Made by a program: the position numbers and the translations under genes
The notes under the pieces: model-generated
The model's input: only the letters and a program-made list of their open reading frames with translations
Databases searched by the model: none
What the model was told of the DNA's origin: nothing
Shown: piece by piece, positions 32,939 to 45,996 of the stretch
Layout: each line of letters begins with the position of its first letter
Position numbering within the stretch: the first letter of the stretch is position 1
Assembly: GCA_965644315.1 (NCBI GenBank)
Contig: CBFFRQ010000064.1
Coordinates: forward strand, 186,001-250,000
Direction: 5' to 3'
Source: Caecitellus pseudoparvulus
Lineage: Eukaryota > Protista > Bigyra: Bicosoecida
DNA length: 64,000 bases

Positions 32939-35900
32939 TTCCCCGCTCTCCTGTGTTTGTGGAGAGCTTCTTCGTGCACGGCCCACCGAAGCTGAAGCCT
33001 GCGGGATTGGCTTCCCGACCACTGCACCATGCAGCTCGCCGCTGCACTGCGCCGCTCGGCCTTCGCCCTGCTGGTTGGACTCGCTTGCAGTAGTCTTGCT
33101 GTTGGAAAATGCCAAGATGGGGCTGACTCTGATTGTGCCCGCGAGGCAGAGACCCCGCAGCAGCTTCACATGTTTCGAGGCCTGAGCTCGGCGAAGACCT
33201 CGCACGGCCTGCCACAGGGCCGATTCAACGCCCACCCAGTGGATGCAGAGAGCAAGAGAGCCCTGCAAGATGCTTCCCAACGCCATGCCTCCAGACAGCT
33301 CACAGAGACCACTGTCGAGGAGGAGCATGAGCACGATGAGCCTCCCCCAGAGGACGAGCTGAACTTGGAGCTGCAGGCAGCGTTTCAAGCTCTGGAGGGC
33401 GCAGAGGGGTACAAGAGCCTCGCACAAAGCGTTGCCCGCCGCAGCCTGTGCAGTGCTGGGCAGTACTACCGCACCAAGAAGAAGTGGTTCAAGGTATGCA
33501 CCTCGGCGCTCGGAAAGGCACAGCGAGTTGCCGGCTCAGAGGCCGTCTTCAACCTGGCCTCATGTGCCCACACTGTGCACCCACCATGGCCCCCCCTGCA
33601 CAGAAAAAGAAGTCCTGCCACAACTGTGCAGCCGGCACCTACTCCACCCATGGCGGCAACAAGAACTGCTACAGCTGCAACTCCGTGCGTGCAACCGCCG
33701 CTGCCCAACCTCCGCACCAAAGCACGACGCTGAGGTGTTTAGCACGTGAAGCCAGCCCTGCACACCACTCGCTGTGCACCTGCACAGGGCCGGTATGCCT
33801 CTGGAAGTGGCAGGACCACGTGCACCCCCTGCTCCATTGGTGCGTTACCTGGCGCCTCGCCTGCCTCACACTCCAAGCCACCCCCAACACACTCACGCAT
33901 GCAGGCTTCTACAACACGGCATCCGCCCGTTCGTCATGCACCCGGTGTCCCTCCGGCAAGACTACCACGTCTGTCGGCTCCACATCATGCACCTTGTGCC
34001 CGTACGGGACGTACACGCCCCCAGGTGGCTGGTCGTGCTCCAACTGCCCCTCCGGCAAGTTCAGCGACACCAGGGGAGCCTCTTCTTGCAAAAACTGTTT
34101 GGCTGGCAAGTACGCTCCTTCCCCTGCCCATGGACCTTCCTGTCTCAACTGCCCCCTTGGCCGCGCCCAGTCTGGGACCGGCGCCACGGGATGCCCGGCC
34201 TGCCCCTCGGGCCTCGTGGCTAAGACGACAGGCAGCGCCACTTGCGTGACGTGCCAGGACAACTACTATGGCGCAAGTGACGGCGTCACGTGTGTGGCGT
34301 GCCCTGCCGGCAAGTACCGCGAGGGTCGCATCGCCCACTGCATCTGGTGCCCACCTGGCTACTACTGCCCTGGTGGAGGCCAGGCACGGCGAGCCTGCCG
34401 CCGGGCTTCCCACCACTGCCCAGGGTACATCCAGTACGTGCACACTCCCAGCAGTGAGCGGCTGACACAGCCAGGCTTCCAGTCTCTCATGGATCAGAGT
34501 GGAAACTACATCGGTGAGCAGCCTTGTCCCACGGGCCACTTCTGCTGCTCGGGCACCGCCACTGCCTGTCCAGATGGCTACTACCAGCCGTCAACTGGCG
34601 GGCGCAAGTGCTTGCTCAACTACGGCACCGCTGCAAACAACTGTGTGGAAAGCTGCCAGTGCGTCGAGAAGGTGTCCGGCGCGTGCCGCATGCGCCCTGG
34701 CAAGTGCCGTGCCCGCATTGATGAGACCGGGCAGTACCTGTGTGCCAATGACGGCGAGACGTACAAGACCATCTACCCGGCGACTGTGGACCCGAACAAT
34801 GGCTGCAAGCGGTGTGTCGGCGCCAACACTAACACCATGCTCTGTCAGAACACCAATGGGAACTATGCCAGTGCCGCCTCGGCGTTCTGCGACTCCAACA
34901 CCGCAGCTGGCCAAGCTATGGTCAATCTCACCCCACGGTCTTTGAGCAGCAGCGGAGAGGGTGCCCCTGTCCCCATCGCGCCTGACGTCGTGCCATGGTA
35001 TGCTGAGGAAGCCGCTGCACAGGATGAGGCGGCATCGGCCACCTCGCAGCAGCCCCGCCAACTGCAGCAAAGGACTGCCTACGGCACTGTGTGGTCGTCC
35101 GTGCCCGCCTCCTCAAATCTGCAATGCGATGATTTGGACCTGGACACGAAGGATGACATGTGTGTCCCGCCCACGGCTGGCACTGACACCATCTGTGCCG
35201 GGCAGCCCCTGAACTGCGACCCACAGTGCCAAGTCGGGGATGGCTCTCAGTGCGTGGCCAAGAGTGGCTGGTCCCACCACCCCAGCACCGGCTGTGGGTG
35301 CAAGATTGGCGGCGCGGATGTCCAGCAAGGTCAACTGGACCCTGCCAACACCTGCAAGGTGTGTGACATCGTCCGCTCCCACCTGGCCTACAGCTCTGAG
35401 CCTGACAACAAAGTCTGCAGCGACAACCAGTGGTGTCAGTATGACGACGCGTGTGTGTCCGGCACATGCCAAGGCAAGCCATACTTGTGCTCCCTGCACA
35501 TGACACCTGGCGCCAGTGCCTCTTGCGAGATGTGGGACGAGGCTGCGGCGCCGTTGAACGTGGACTCCCTCGGCAATGTGCGTGGAGGCAGCCCCTCGTA
35601 CGCGGACATGGTCAGCACGCCAGAGCTGCAGTGCAACGGCGCTGGCCCCAACTCCAACAACCAGGGCTGCAACAAGAAGAACCGCCCCGCAGGCTTTGAG
35701 TGCCGCCCTGCCAGGGATGCCTGCACTGCGGCTGTGGGCTGCCCGGGAAGTGCTGGCACGTGCCCACCCTATGCCCCCACCACGCCCACCATCACCCAGG
35801 GCTCGCTAGGCTTCGATACGTCAAGCACTCATGTGCATGTGTCCAGCATCACTGGGGAGGCGTACATCACGAGCACCTCTGCTGCCCTTCCCCTGACTTC

Positions 35901-38900
35901 CTCGGGGTGGAGCACTGCATGTGGGGACACCTGGTACGCCACCGGCGTGTACGACAACGCAGGCTCTTTCAATGTGCAGTGCACACCCAGCAACGTGGGC
36001 AGCATGACTGCCTTTTTCCAGGCTGGGGCTCTGCCAGGCACTCTGACCACGGACCCTGCAGCCCGCCTGCCAGCCAGTGCCACCTATGCTGATGGAGCTG
36101 TCGTTGTGGCGGTGCTGGCAGTGCACGGCATGGATGTGCCGGAGATCCCAGGGCCGCCACCACAGACTCAAGCGTGCTCCCCCGCCATCATGCTGGACTC
36201 CACACCTCCCGATGCTTCCTTGGCTACCGTGACAGCAGCAGCGGTGGACAGTGGCATCCTCGCGCAGGCAGCCGGCAACCCCAACTACGTCTACTCCTGT
36301 GCGGGGCCCACCTGCATGGGCTCAGCCACGTGCCAGGCACACGTGGCGGCCCAGGTCGGAGGCTTTGTGGACCCTCACTCCATGGTCATGCAATATGAGA
36401 TGCAGGCAGGTACCTCTGCGGGCGCCTCCGACATCCACGCCCCTGTCACCTCCCTTGCCACAGACGGCTCCTTCCTTGTGCACGAGCCACCTGCAGCTGC
36501 CCTGCCAGATGGCACCACAGTACACATTTCCGTCCGTGCCCACAACGATGCAGGCTTGGCTTCCCCGTGGAAGCACGCTGCGAGCTGGGTGAAGGACTGT
36601 GCCAGCCCCACCATCGGGACAGGCACCGTCAAGCTGGTGCAGGACTCGCTTGCTCCTCAAGCCAATGCTGCAAACTGGGCGGCCCTCGCCGCTGCGCCAG
36701 AAGTGCACGCTCAAACCAGCGTCAGCGCCCTTGTTGCGTACTGGGGCCCCATCACAGACGCCCACACATCCATCGCATCCGTGCACGTCGCTGTCGGCAC
36801 GCCCACTTCTCCCACGGCGGTGCAGGACTACACCGCACTGGCAGATCCGTCGGCACAAGGTGTCGCCCTGACCGGCTTCACGCTGGCGAATGGAGTGCAG
36901 TATGTCGTGACGGTCATGGCCCGGGATGCGGCTGGCAACGTGGTGTCAGAGACGTCTTCCCCCATCACCATTGACACGACGCCACCGCTGGCTGGGACTG
37001 CCCTGGACATCGCGCCTTTTGTGTGGAGCAAGCCGGCATTTGCGCCACCTGCCGCCCACAACTGGGTGGCCGCTGATGACTCGGACTTCTCTGCCTCCAC
37101 GTCAGAGATGGCTGTCGCGTGTGCTGGCTTCAGCGAGCCACAATCCTCCCTCATGCACTACTACGTTGGCATCGGCACAGGCACAGCAGGTGCAGCCCGA
37201 CACGATGTGCTGGACTGGGTGCACCTGACCTCCTCCGGGGCAGTGACTGCGACGACTTTTGCAGCTCTGCAGGCTGGCTTGACGCTGACACACGGCACGC
37301 AGTACTTCATCACATGCCGTGTGGAGAACACGCTGGGCCTCGCCTCCTACGCCAGCTCAGATGGCTTCACAGTGGACACAGCGCCTCCTGCCGTCAGTGC
37401 GGTGCGCGAGACGGACGCACTGGACTTGAGCATAGACCTGGCATTCACGGCGTCACTCACGGAGCTCAACGTTGCGTGGGATGTGGTGCCATCACTGTCT
37501 GGCATCGCTGCTCACCACTTCCGCATCACACCCGCCCCCCTCGCGGCGCCGGGTAGCTCAGACCTGTCCCAGTGGACGCCTGTGTCTGTGGCCAATGCCC
37601 AGTACCAGCATGCCACCGGCCTCACTCTGGCTGACAACACGCTGTATACGTGGGAGGTCCGCGCCACTGCGCGCAACGGGCTCACAGCCACGGCGTCGTC
37701 CACTGGCATCACGACGGACTCCACCCCTTGTGATGGACTCAAACCTGGTGACCTGTCAAGCTTTGCACTGTTAGATGGCGCCGTGGCTGGGCAAGACGCC
37801 TCCCACGTCTCCAGTGCAGACACTGCGTTCCACATCACATGGAACACGCCAGTGCAAGATGCCACCTCTGGCTGCACAGTGACCTGGTCCATTGCGCTGG
37901 CTTCCGACCCCAACAACATCAAGTACTCCACAACCGTGGATGGCACTTCCCTGGCAGCCTCTGTGCCTACAAGCACCTGGCAACCCCAGTACCACGTGCA
38001 GTACGTCAACATTCTGCAAGCGGTGAACGGTGCTGGTGTGCCAGCTGGCCCCGCTCAGTCCAATGGCGTGGTTGTGACGGACATGCGCCCACAGATCAGC
38101 GCCATTGCGGATGTGGGCATGCTCCTGGACAACTTCGGCCTGCTGCAGACGGCAGTGGCGAAGGGGGTGGAGACGCTCCCCACTGGCACCTTGTCGCAGG
38201 ACGTGTCCATTGTGTCCACCATTGACGCAGATGCTCAGCCCAATGTCACCCACCTTGCCGTGGCGTGGGCTGGCATCGTGGACACAGAGTCCGGACTGGA
38301 CACCTTGGAAGTCTCCATGCATGTGCGGGCAACACCCAAGTACATCGCTGTGGGGAAGCCGGACGTCTCGGCATACTCCACGCTAACGCCGTGGTCGCAC
38401 GTCGCGTCTGTGGCCAGTGGAGACACACAAGCTGACATGCTGAGCGGGTTGCTGCGCCTGGATCCCGTCAACATCACACTGCCAGATGCTCACGTCGTCG
38501 TTGCCCTGCGCGCCACGAATCGTGTCGGGCACAGCTCTCTGTTCTACACGGACGGCATCTCCGTCTCCAGCTCCATCTTCTTCGCGCCAGACGCCAAGGT
38601 CATCGCGGTGGACAACACGACTTTCGCGGACCAGCTGTACACGACATCCAACGAGTCAGTGTCTGCTGCTTGGCATGGCTTCCCGTACAACGTCCACTTC
38701 CCCATCACTCACTTTGAGTGGTTCTTGGGCACCACTGCCAAGGCCTGGGACATCCTGCCGCCCCAAGATGTGGGCATGGCCATGTCTGGCACAGCTACAG
38801 GGCTCGCCTTGCCTCATGGCTCGTCGTTCTTCGTCACTACCAGCGCGCACCGAGGCGGCGGCCAGTCAGTGAACATCTCCTCCACGGAAGTCGTGGTGGA

Positions 38901-41900
38901 CTTGACACCCTGTGAGGTCAGCGTGCAGTCAGTAGCTGTCCTGTCTTCGAACAGCATCCAGGTGGACTTCAAGGCTGCTGACCTGGAGAGTGGCGTCCTC
39001 GCTACCTACGTCGCACTCGGAACGACACCTGGTGGCACACAGCTCTTGCCCTTCACGCAGGCCTCTGGCTTTGCTGAGCGCTCCAGTTTGGCTAGTGCGA
39101 GCCCGGTGCGCTTTGCAGGGACACCCCTGGCGTTCGATTACCCTGATGGTGCGCCTGTGCATGTCACAGTGCAGTGCGTGAACAATGCTGGTGCGTACAG
39201 CTCACAGCTGGATGGGGGGGCCTCAGCAGCGCTGGACGTCTCCCCGCCAGTGCCCCTGGCTGCACCCCAAGTTGTGCCAGCAGCGGCTTGCTCTGGCGGC
39301 AGCATCTCAGATGCTGCACTGCAGCACGCATCTCTGGGTGCCGGTGCAATGACCAGTGCGGCAGCTGCAGGGGGCCTCGCGTGCGCCTTCCCCAAGTGGG
39401 CTGAGCCGCACTCCGCCGTCGGCTCATACACCGCCTCGCTCCTGCATGTCACGCCCACGGCAGGCGGTGGCACAAGCAGTGTCATGCTTGGGAGCTCTGT
39501 TACAGTGCCTGCTAGCTCCATTGCGGGCGACAACGCCTGCGTGCAGCCGAGTGTGAACCTGTCCAGCATCGCTGCTCTGTCCATCCGGGGCGGCGCTCGC
39601 GTGGTGTGTGGAGTCATGGCTTCCAACACCCAAGGCGCCAACTCTGCCGTCCTCCACTCCTCGCCCGGCATTGTTGTAGACCCGTCACCCCCAACTGTGG
39701 CTGCCCTTCGCCTGGATCAGGGCAACGGCGCGAGCCCAGCAGCGGCTGGCTCCGGCATGGACCTGCTGGCGACCAGCTCGTACACGGGTGCAGCACCCGA
39801 TGCTTGGATCAGTGACATCAGCCGAGGCCTGGCCATCTCGTGGGAAGCTGTGGACATGGAGAGCACCATTAAGGCCATTTCAGTGAGCATTGTGGATGCA
39901 GACTCGACCCTTGAGATTGTCCCAGGTGGGCCCATCGCCATCCATGGCCAGGGCACCGTCGCCAATGTCGGACCTGCAGACTCAGGAGCCCCCTCCTTCT
40001 GGGCAATCGACACAAGTGCTGGGTCCACGGACGCCAGCGGGGCTGCTGTTCGCGCGGCGCTCCTGGCTGGCCAGCGCATCACGGTGTCGGTTACAGTGCA
40101 GAACGGTGCTGGCGTGAACACCACGGCCACAGGCACCACCGTCCTGGCCCACGATGCTGACGGACCTGTCCCTGGCAGCGTCACCGTGGACGCCTCTGGT
40201 GTGGCAGCCACTCTGTCAGGTGCCATGGCGCCGCTGCCTCTGGCTTGGATCGCAGTGGCAGACCTAGAGAGCTGCTGTGATGGCGTCGTGGGTGTGCCCA
40301 CCTTGCTCATGGATGCAGCAGCCGGAACGTCACAAGGCGTTGTGGACAGCAGTACCGGAACGCCCCGCCTGGCGGTGGCCTTTGCCCCGGAACGTGCATG
40401 GACTGCCGTCCCGCTCACTCTCACGAACTTCACTGACGCCACCTCGGGCATCGGCAGTATCGATGTCAACGTCGTGCCCTACGGGTCACTATCCGCGGCT
40501 CTGGCCACCCAAGGCCTCCCAGCATTCTCAAGTGTGCCACCAACTACGTCAGTGCCCCCCACCACAGCCTCCGTGCAGCCATCTTTGATCACACCTGATG
40601 CAGGTGCAGCGTACAGCCTCATGGCTACCGCTGTGAATGGTGCCGGGGTCGTCACGACAAGTGTCGGCAAGGAGGTGCTCGTCTTCGATGCGACTGCCCC
40701 AGAGGCGCCGGCAGGGGTGTCCATGAGCCAGGTCGTGCTTGATGGTGTGCCAGTGTCAGGGGGAGTCTCCAGCGCAGCTGCTCCCCTGGCTGCCATGCAG
40801 GGCCTGCCCATGAACGGCCCAGACCACCCCCACTCTGCCTCGCAAGCGTCAGGGGACACCTTCGCTTGCCGATGGCACCCTATGGTGGACCCACAGTCAG
40901 GCGTCGTGCTGTACCGGGTGGCGCTGGGCACCCCAGCAGACCCGGAAGCATTCATGCCCTTCACAGCAGTGCCACGCACAGCCTCCACGAGTCATGGCTT
41001 GCTTCAGTACACTCACGTTGGCAACGGTGCATCACCTGCCTCTGTCGGGACAGGCACTGTGTTCTCCACCAGCCCTGCTGCAGCAGCAGTGCTTGTGGGC
41101 AGCTCTGGCTCCACCTCCACACTTGAGGATGGCACGATGGGTGTTGCTGTGAGGCTGGGCACTGCAGTGCCGCAGGGCGGCAAGGTGGTGTGCCATTTGC
41201 AAGCCGTCAACGGTGCCGGCCTCGTCGCCCACACTGCATCTCAAGGCGTGACGGTGGATGCCACTCCGCCCGTGCCACAGGCCGAGGCCACGACTGGGAC
41301 ACCCACTTCTCCCTCTGTGGAAGTGCCGCAAACAGTGGCCAGTGCTTTTGACCCCCTGCGCGTCCGGTTTGCGCTCCTGGTGGACCTGCAATCCGGCAGC
41401 CCGTCCGGGACGTACCAGGTGGCTGCCGGCACGGCACGGGGCTCTGCTGATGTCCTGGGCTGGACCCCGCTGTCCCTCCCTCGAGCTGTGCAAAGCGGGC
41501 TGGATGCCCTCGCACACTCGCCGTCTGCAGCCATCGGTCTGCCCAAGGAAGTTGTCTTGCACTTGCGGGAGGATGCCATTGTTGCACACCTGGCCCAGCA
41601 GCCGGCTACCCCGCTGCATGTAGGCATCCGCGCCGCAAACGGCGCAGGCGCCGTCACCACCGCCTGGTCCGTGGCAGGCGTCACTCGTGACACGAGCCCG
41701 CCCACTGTTGGCCAGGTGGCCTTCGTAGCAAGTCCTGGTGGCACTTCAGCGCCCAGCGGTGCAGACTGCTCTGCCTCTTTCTCGGTGCAGGGGACAGTCG
41801 TGTCGCCGTCTGAGCTGGAGGAGCCAGTGTTCGTGAGCGGCTTCCAGGCACTGCACGTGAAAGCCTGCGGCTTCACCGACGCCGAGTCCGGCATCCAGCA

Positions 41901-44900
41901 CTACTCAGTCGCAGTGCTGTCCACCAGCACTGGCTTTGTGCCCAACAGCGCCAGCACGGTGCACGACCTGGTCCCCGCTGTGCAGCTGGCCAGGGGCTCA
42001 GACAGTCTGCGCGTGAGCTTGCCTCCGCCGTCCTGGGCGCCAGCTGGCAGCCGCAGCACGGCCACCACACCAACAGGCAGTGTGCAGGTGTCAGGCGTCA
42101 CCTCCTCGCAGATGCACGGCAGGGCTGTGTTTGCCGTCGTGACAGCGACCTCCGCGTCTGGCGCCGCCGTGCTCGCCTCCTCCTCCCCCATCGTCGTGGA
42201 CGCCCGCCCTCCCCCCGTCCGGCGTGTCTGTGTCAGCATCACCAACGCAACGTCTGCAGCCACAGCCCGCACCGACCTCAGCTCTTGTGCTGCCGATGAG
42301 GGTGCCCCTGTCCCACTTGTGGACTGTGCCTGTGGCGAGCGCCGACGAACCCTCCCTCTCATGGTCACGTGGGCTACCCTGCAAGATGACGTGTCTGGCG
42401 TTGCGACTGTGCGCGTCTCCGTCACCGCTGAGCCAGGCACGTCAAGTGCGCCTAGCACCCTGCAGCTGCTTGACGAGGAGGTGTACGATGTGCAGGCTGC
42501 TAGCGCCTTGTTCAAGGCGTCACCCGGTGCGCTCACCAGCATCCCCCGCGCCCCCACCCTGCATCAGGTGGTGCTCTCTGGTCCAGCGCTCAGCAACCTG
42601 CTGGATGGACAGGAACTGGTGGCCACAGTGACTGTCACTGACCGAGCAGGCAACACTGCAAGTGCCTCGTCGGTGCCTCGCATCGTGGACTCCACGGCAC
42701 CACATGTAGCTCCCCCTGTCTTGACCACCTTGCCAGGCATGGTGACGGCCCCCACAGCTGTCAGCTTGAATGACGCCCTGTCCATCTCCAGCACTGTCAC
42801 AGAGCAGCACTGTGCCGCCGCCGCCTACGTGACATGCGCCTGTGTGTGGGATGCGACCCTGCGAGCAGTGCCCGTGACATGCGCCGATGTGGACACCAGC
42901 ACTGTCGGGCGGGACAACCCCAACACCGTCACGACCGCCGCCGATGGCAGTGTCTGCGCTGTCCAGTGGCGGGACATGAGCAGTGCTGCACCAGCCAACA
43001 GCTTGGCCGTCGTGCACCGCTTCGAGGGCATCCTGGTCAGCACCCTCGTGTCTGCCCTGCCGTCAAGTGTCGCCAGCGCCAGCTCTGGGTCTCCGCTTGC
43101 GCTGGCTGTGTCTCTGAAGGCCGTGAATGCCGCTGGTCTCGACAGCACAGATCCAGCTATCGGCTCCAGCGCCCCGACTGCGCCGGCAACCGGCCCAGTC
43201 CTGCCCGTCATTCGGGGCGGCCCTGTCTTGCCCTCCGGGCAGGTGAAGGAGGTGAGCCCCGCTGATGCAGCCGCCGCTGCCACGGCCTGTGCCAGCACTC
43301 TGGATGTCGACGCTGTCCGGGGCTCTGGCCTCGCCGCTGACCTGTCCATCACCATGTGCTGGCCCCACTTCAAGCAGTCAGCCCACGCAACCACGGCGGC
43401 AGGCGTTGATGTGGTGTACGAAGTGGCCGCTGCCAGCACTGCTGGAGGTGTCCGGGGTGCTTCCTTCGTCGCTGTGCCTCCTGGCAGTACGACCTTCACT
43501 CTGTCAGGCCTGCCCGCGACGGATGGCACTGTCATGTTCACATGTGTGCGTGCGACGTCCCTCGTGAGTGGCTTGGCCACTGTGGCCTGCTCGGATGGCT
43601 TCGTCGTCGCCGCTTCGGCCCCTGCACTGCGCGAGACTATGGAAGCTGGCAGCCTGCTGCCACCATCTGCCGTGGCGCCTGGCGCTCGTGCTGCTGCGGC
43701 GCAGCTGGCGGCAGGCGGCAATGCCACGCGCCAGGACACAAACACCGCCTTGGGGTCCATCACCAGTGCCAGTGCTGGCTTGCTGGCAGCCTCCACCACC
43801 GCCCGGCGCGCTGCTGTCTACGCCAACGGAGCCGAAGGTGTGTCAGCAGTCTTTGCTGGTGCGCTGCTTGGCACTGCGGGGCAGGCTTTCACCCTCTTTG
43901 CTGCGCCCGACTCGGGCTCACCTCAGCCACAGACCCTGCCCCGCATCCTCGCTGACATCGACGGCGTGGCCACGCCACACTTCTGCTACCTCGTGGCGCG
44001 CCCCACTGGCAACTCCACCACTCCCACCTTGCCACTGCCTGCCTCCAGCACCTTCCTCACAGGCCTGGGCGCCAGCGTGGTGCCAGCCACGGTGCTGACA
44101 GTGGACGCACAAGCTCCATCCATGCCTGCTGTGATGCAGTGTGAGCTCACTGCCGCTTGGGCATGGGATGGATCCACCTGGACCTCTGGCCCCCTGCAGC
44201 ATGGGGGGCAGTACATCGCCGCAGTCATGGCTGTCGCACCCGGCGCCAACATCACCGAGGAAGTCACCACCACCATCGCTTTCAGCACGCCAGTCATTGT
44301 CGACATGACTGCGCCAGCTGGTGTCATTGTGGAGCTGGGTGACTCGGCAGATGCCTCGGCAGGCGATGCCGCTGCAGCAGCTGTCGCAAACTTGATGCAG
44401 GCTGCCACTGGAGACTCCAGCTCAGGCACACCCACAGGAGTCGTGTCTGAGGCCGATCAAGATGCGGCTGACGCTGCTGCAGCAGCACCCCTGACCTTCC
44501 ACTCAATCACGTCTGTGGACGTCGTGCCCCTGGCTGTGGTGGACCCCAACACCACCTCCCTCAAGGCCCCCACCGGCATGCTGTCCGCCACACAAGTCGG
44601 CACTGCCCTGACTGACCCCGCCATCCAGGATGGCGACCACAGCGCCGCCATGCAGCGGGCTGTGTCCCTGTACGAGCAGGTGGTGTCGGCCTCCGCACAG
44701 GGCATCACAACCCCTGCTCGCATCGCGGCAGCCTTCGCAGCGGGCCTCGTCGCCCTGGACGCCTCCTGCCAGAGCAGCCTCAATGCCTCCCTGCCAGTGG
44801 CGTGGGATGTGCAGGATGCCGACTCCTGCATCGAGTGGGTGGCCCTGGGCGTTGGCAGCAACCCAGCGGAGGGTGACGTGGATGACATCTCCCCCTTCGT

Positions 44901-45194
44901 GCCCGTGAGGCCCGAGCTGCAGGGGGCGTCCCTGCACCTCCCTGCCCTGGCAACCCTGCCTGCCTCTGCCACGGTGTTCCCCGTGCTGTCTGTCATGAAC
45001 TGCGCAGGCCACTCATCCTTCGTGGTCGGCACCGGCATCACGCTGCAGCCTGCGGCGGATGGCGCTGCTCCGGGGGATGCCCCGCTGGTGTGCGTTGGCA
45101 ATGTGGGTGGGCAGCAGCAGCCGCCGACGCTACAAGACGACTTCCGTGCACTATCCAGTGGCGACACGATGGCCGGCTGAAGAGCCTGGCGTTG
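32939..45194 (+). repeat. Direct duplication unit 2 (~12.25 kb)
   Basis: Offset 12718 bp (12721 after a 3-nt insertion) from unit 1, separated by a unique ~465-bp spacer. Confidence 0.95.
33029..45180 (+). CDS. Giant secreted Cys-rich / FN3-like repeat protein, copy 2 (~3957 aa); exons 33029-33493, 33604-33684, 33788-33839, 33905-45180
   Basis: Same exon structure as copy 1; about 25 amino-acid substitutions and one Ser insertion by manual comparison. Confidence 0.9.
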
Positions 45195-45996
45195 TTCGCG
45201 AATGGTACAATGTTTTGCTTTCCTCTGCGTGGCCGCGAATCCCCGAACCAGCCCTCGATTTGGAAGCCCGTGTGTACACGCAGGATTCGCTGTCTCATCT
45301 TGCTCTATTTCTTTCTGTTCTGCAATTCAACATGTATTGCTCGTCGCCGGTGGGGCGCTGGCCTCTCTGGCACGTGCGCGTGGCCATTCGTTGGAACGGG
45401 AAACGTGGCCTGCCTGACCAATTCCTCGCAATGGGACCACAGAGGCACAATCAACACTTCTTAATTTTATTGCATTTGTTTGGGGTTCCGTCACAGTCTT
45501 CGCCCGGTGCCTTTCTGCTCTTTGGGACACTGCGGGACTTGGAGCAGGCAGCGCCTCCAACACCAGAGCTCAACGGCAGAACTGCTTTGCGAGCTGTGAA
45601 GCACCTGACGAGCTATCCTGGAGCAATTCATATGTACGTTGCTGTAGAATTTCGCCTGGCGTATTGTTTGGTCGGAAGGTGAAGTGTTCAGTGCCCTGAA
45701 GGCACTTGTGACAGATTTGCAACAGTGCCGCGCGAAGGCCAGCGCCCTTTCCAATTGAAGCAGCTCTGGCGCCTAGACCTGGATCTGGTCGCGTTTGCCC
45801 TGTCTGTGACCTTTTTCTCTCTCATGTATCTTGTTCCTTTGCTTGTTTTGCTGCTTGGTGCCTGAAGAGCAGCCTTGTCTGCGTTCAAAGCCAGCGCCTA
45901 GCGTTTGCATGTGCCAACGGCCACCTATATGCTATACGCAAGTGCCGCGCACATGGGCCTTTCACAGACCGCCAAGCACAAAGCTGAAGGTAAAAA

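Noticed and set aside
20221-45194. 12-kb direct repeats as LTRs, a transposon or an endogenous virus
   Set aside because: The unit is one intron-containing cellular-type gene; no transposase, integrase, RT or capsid, no TIR/TSD seen and no GC shift.
45195-45996. AT-richer stretch with short ORFs (45202-45417, 45688-45888)
   Set aside because: No motifs and atypical codon usage; best read as 3' flank plus the DP promoter.
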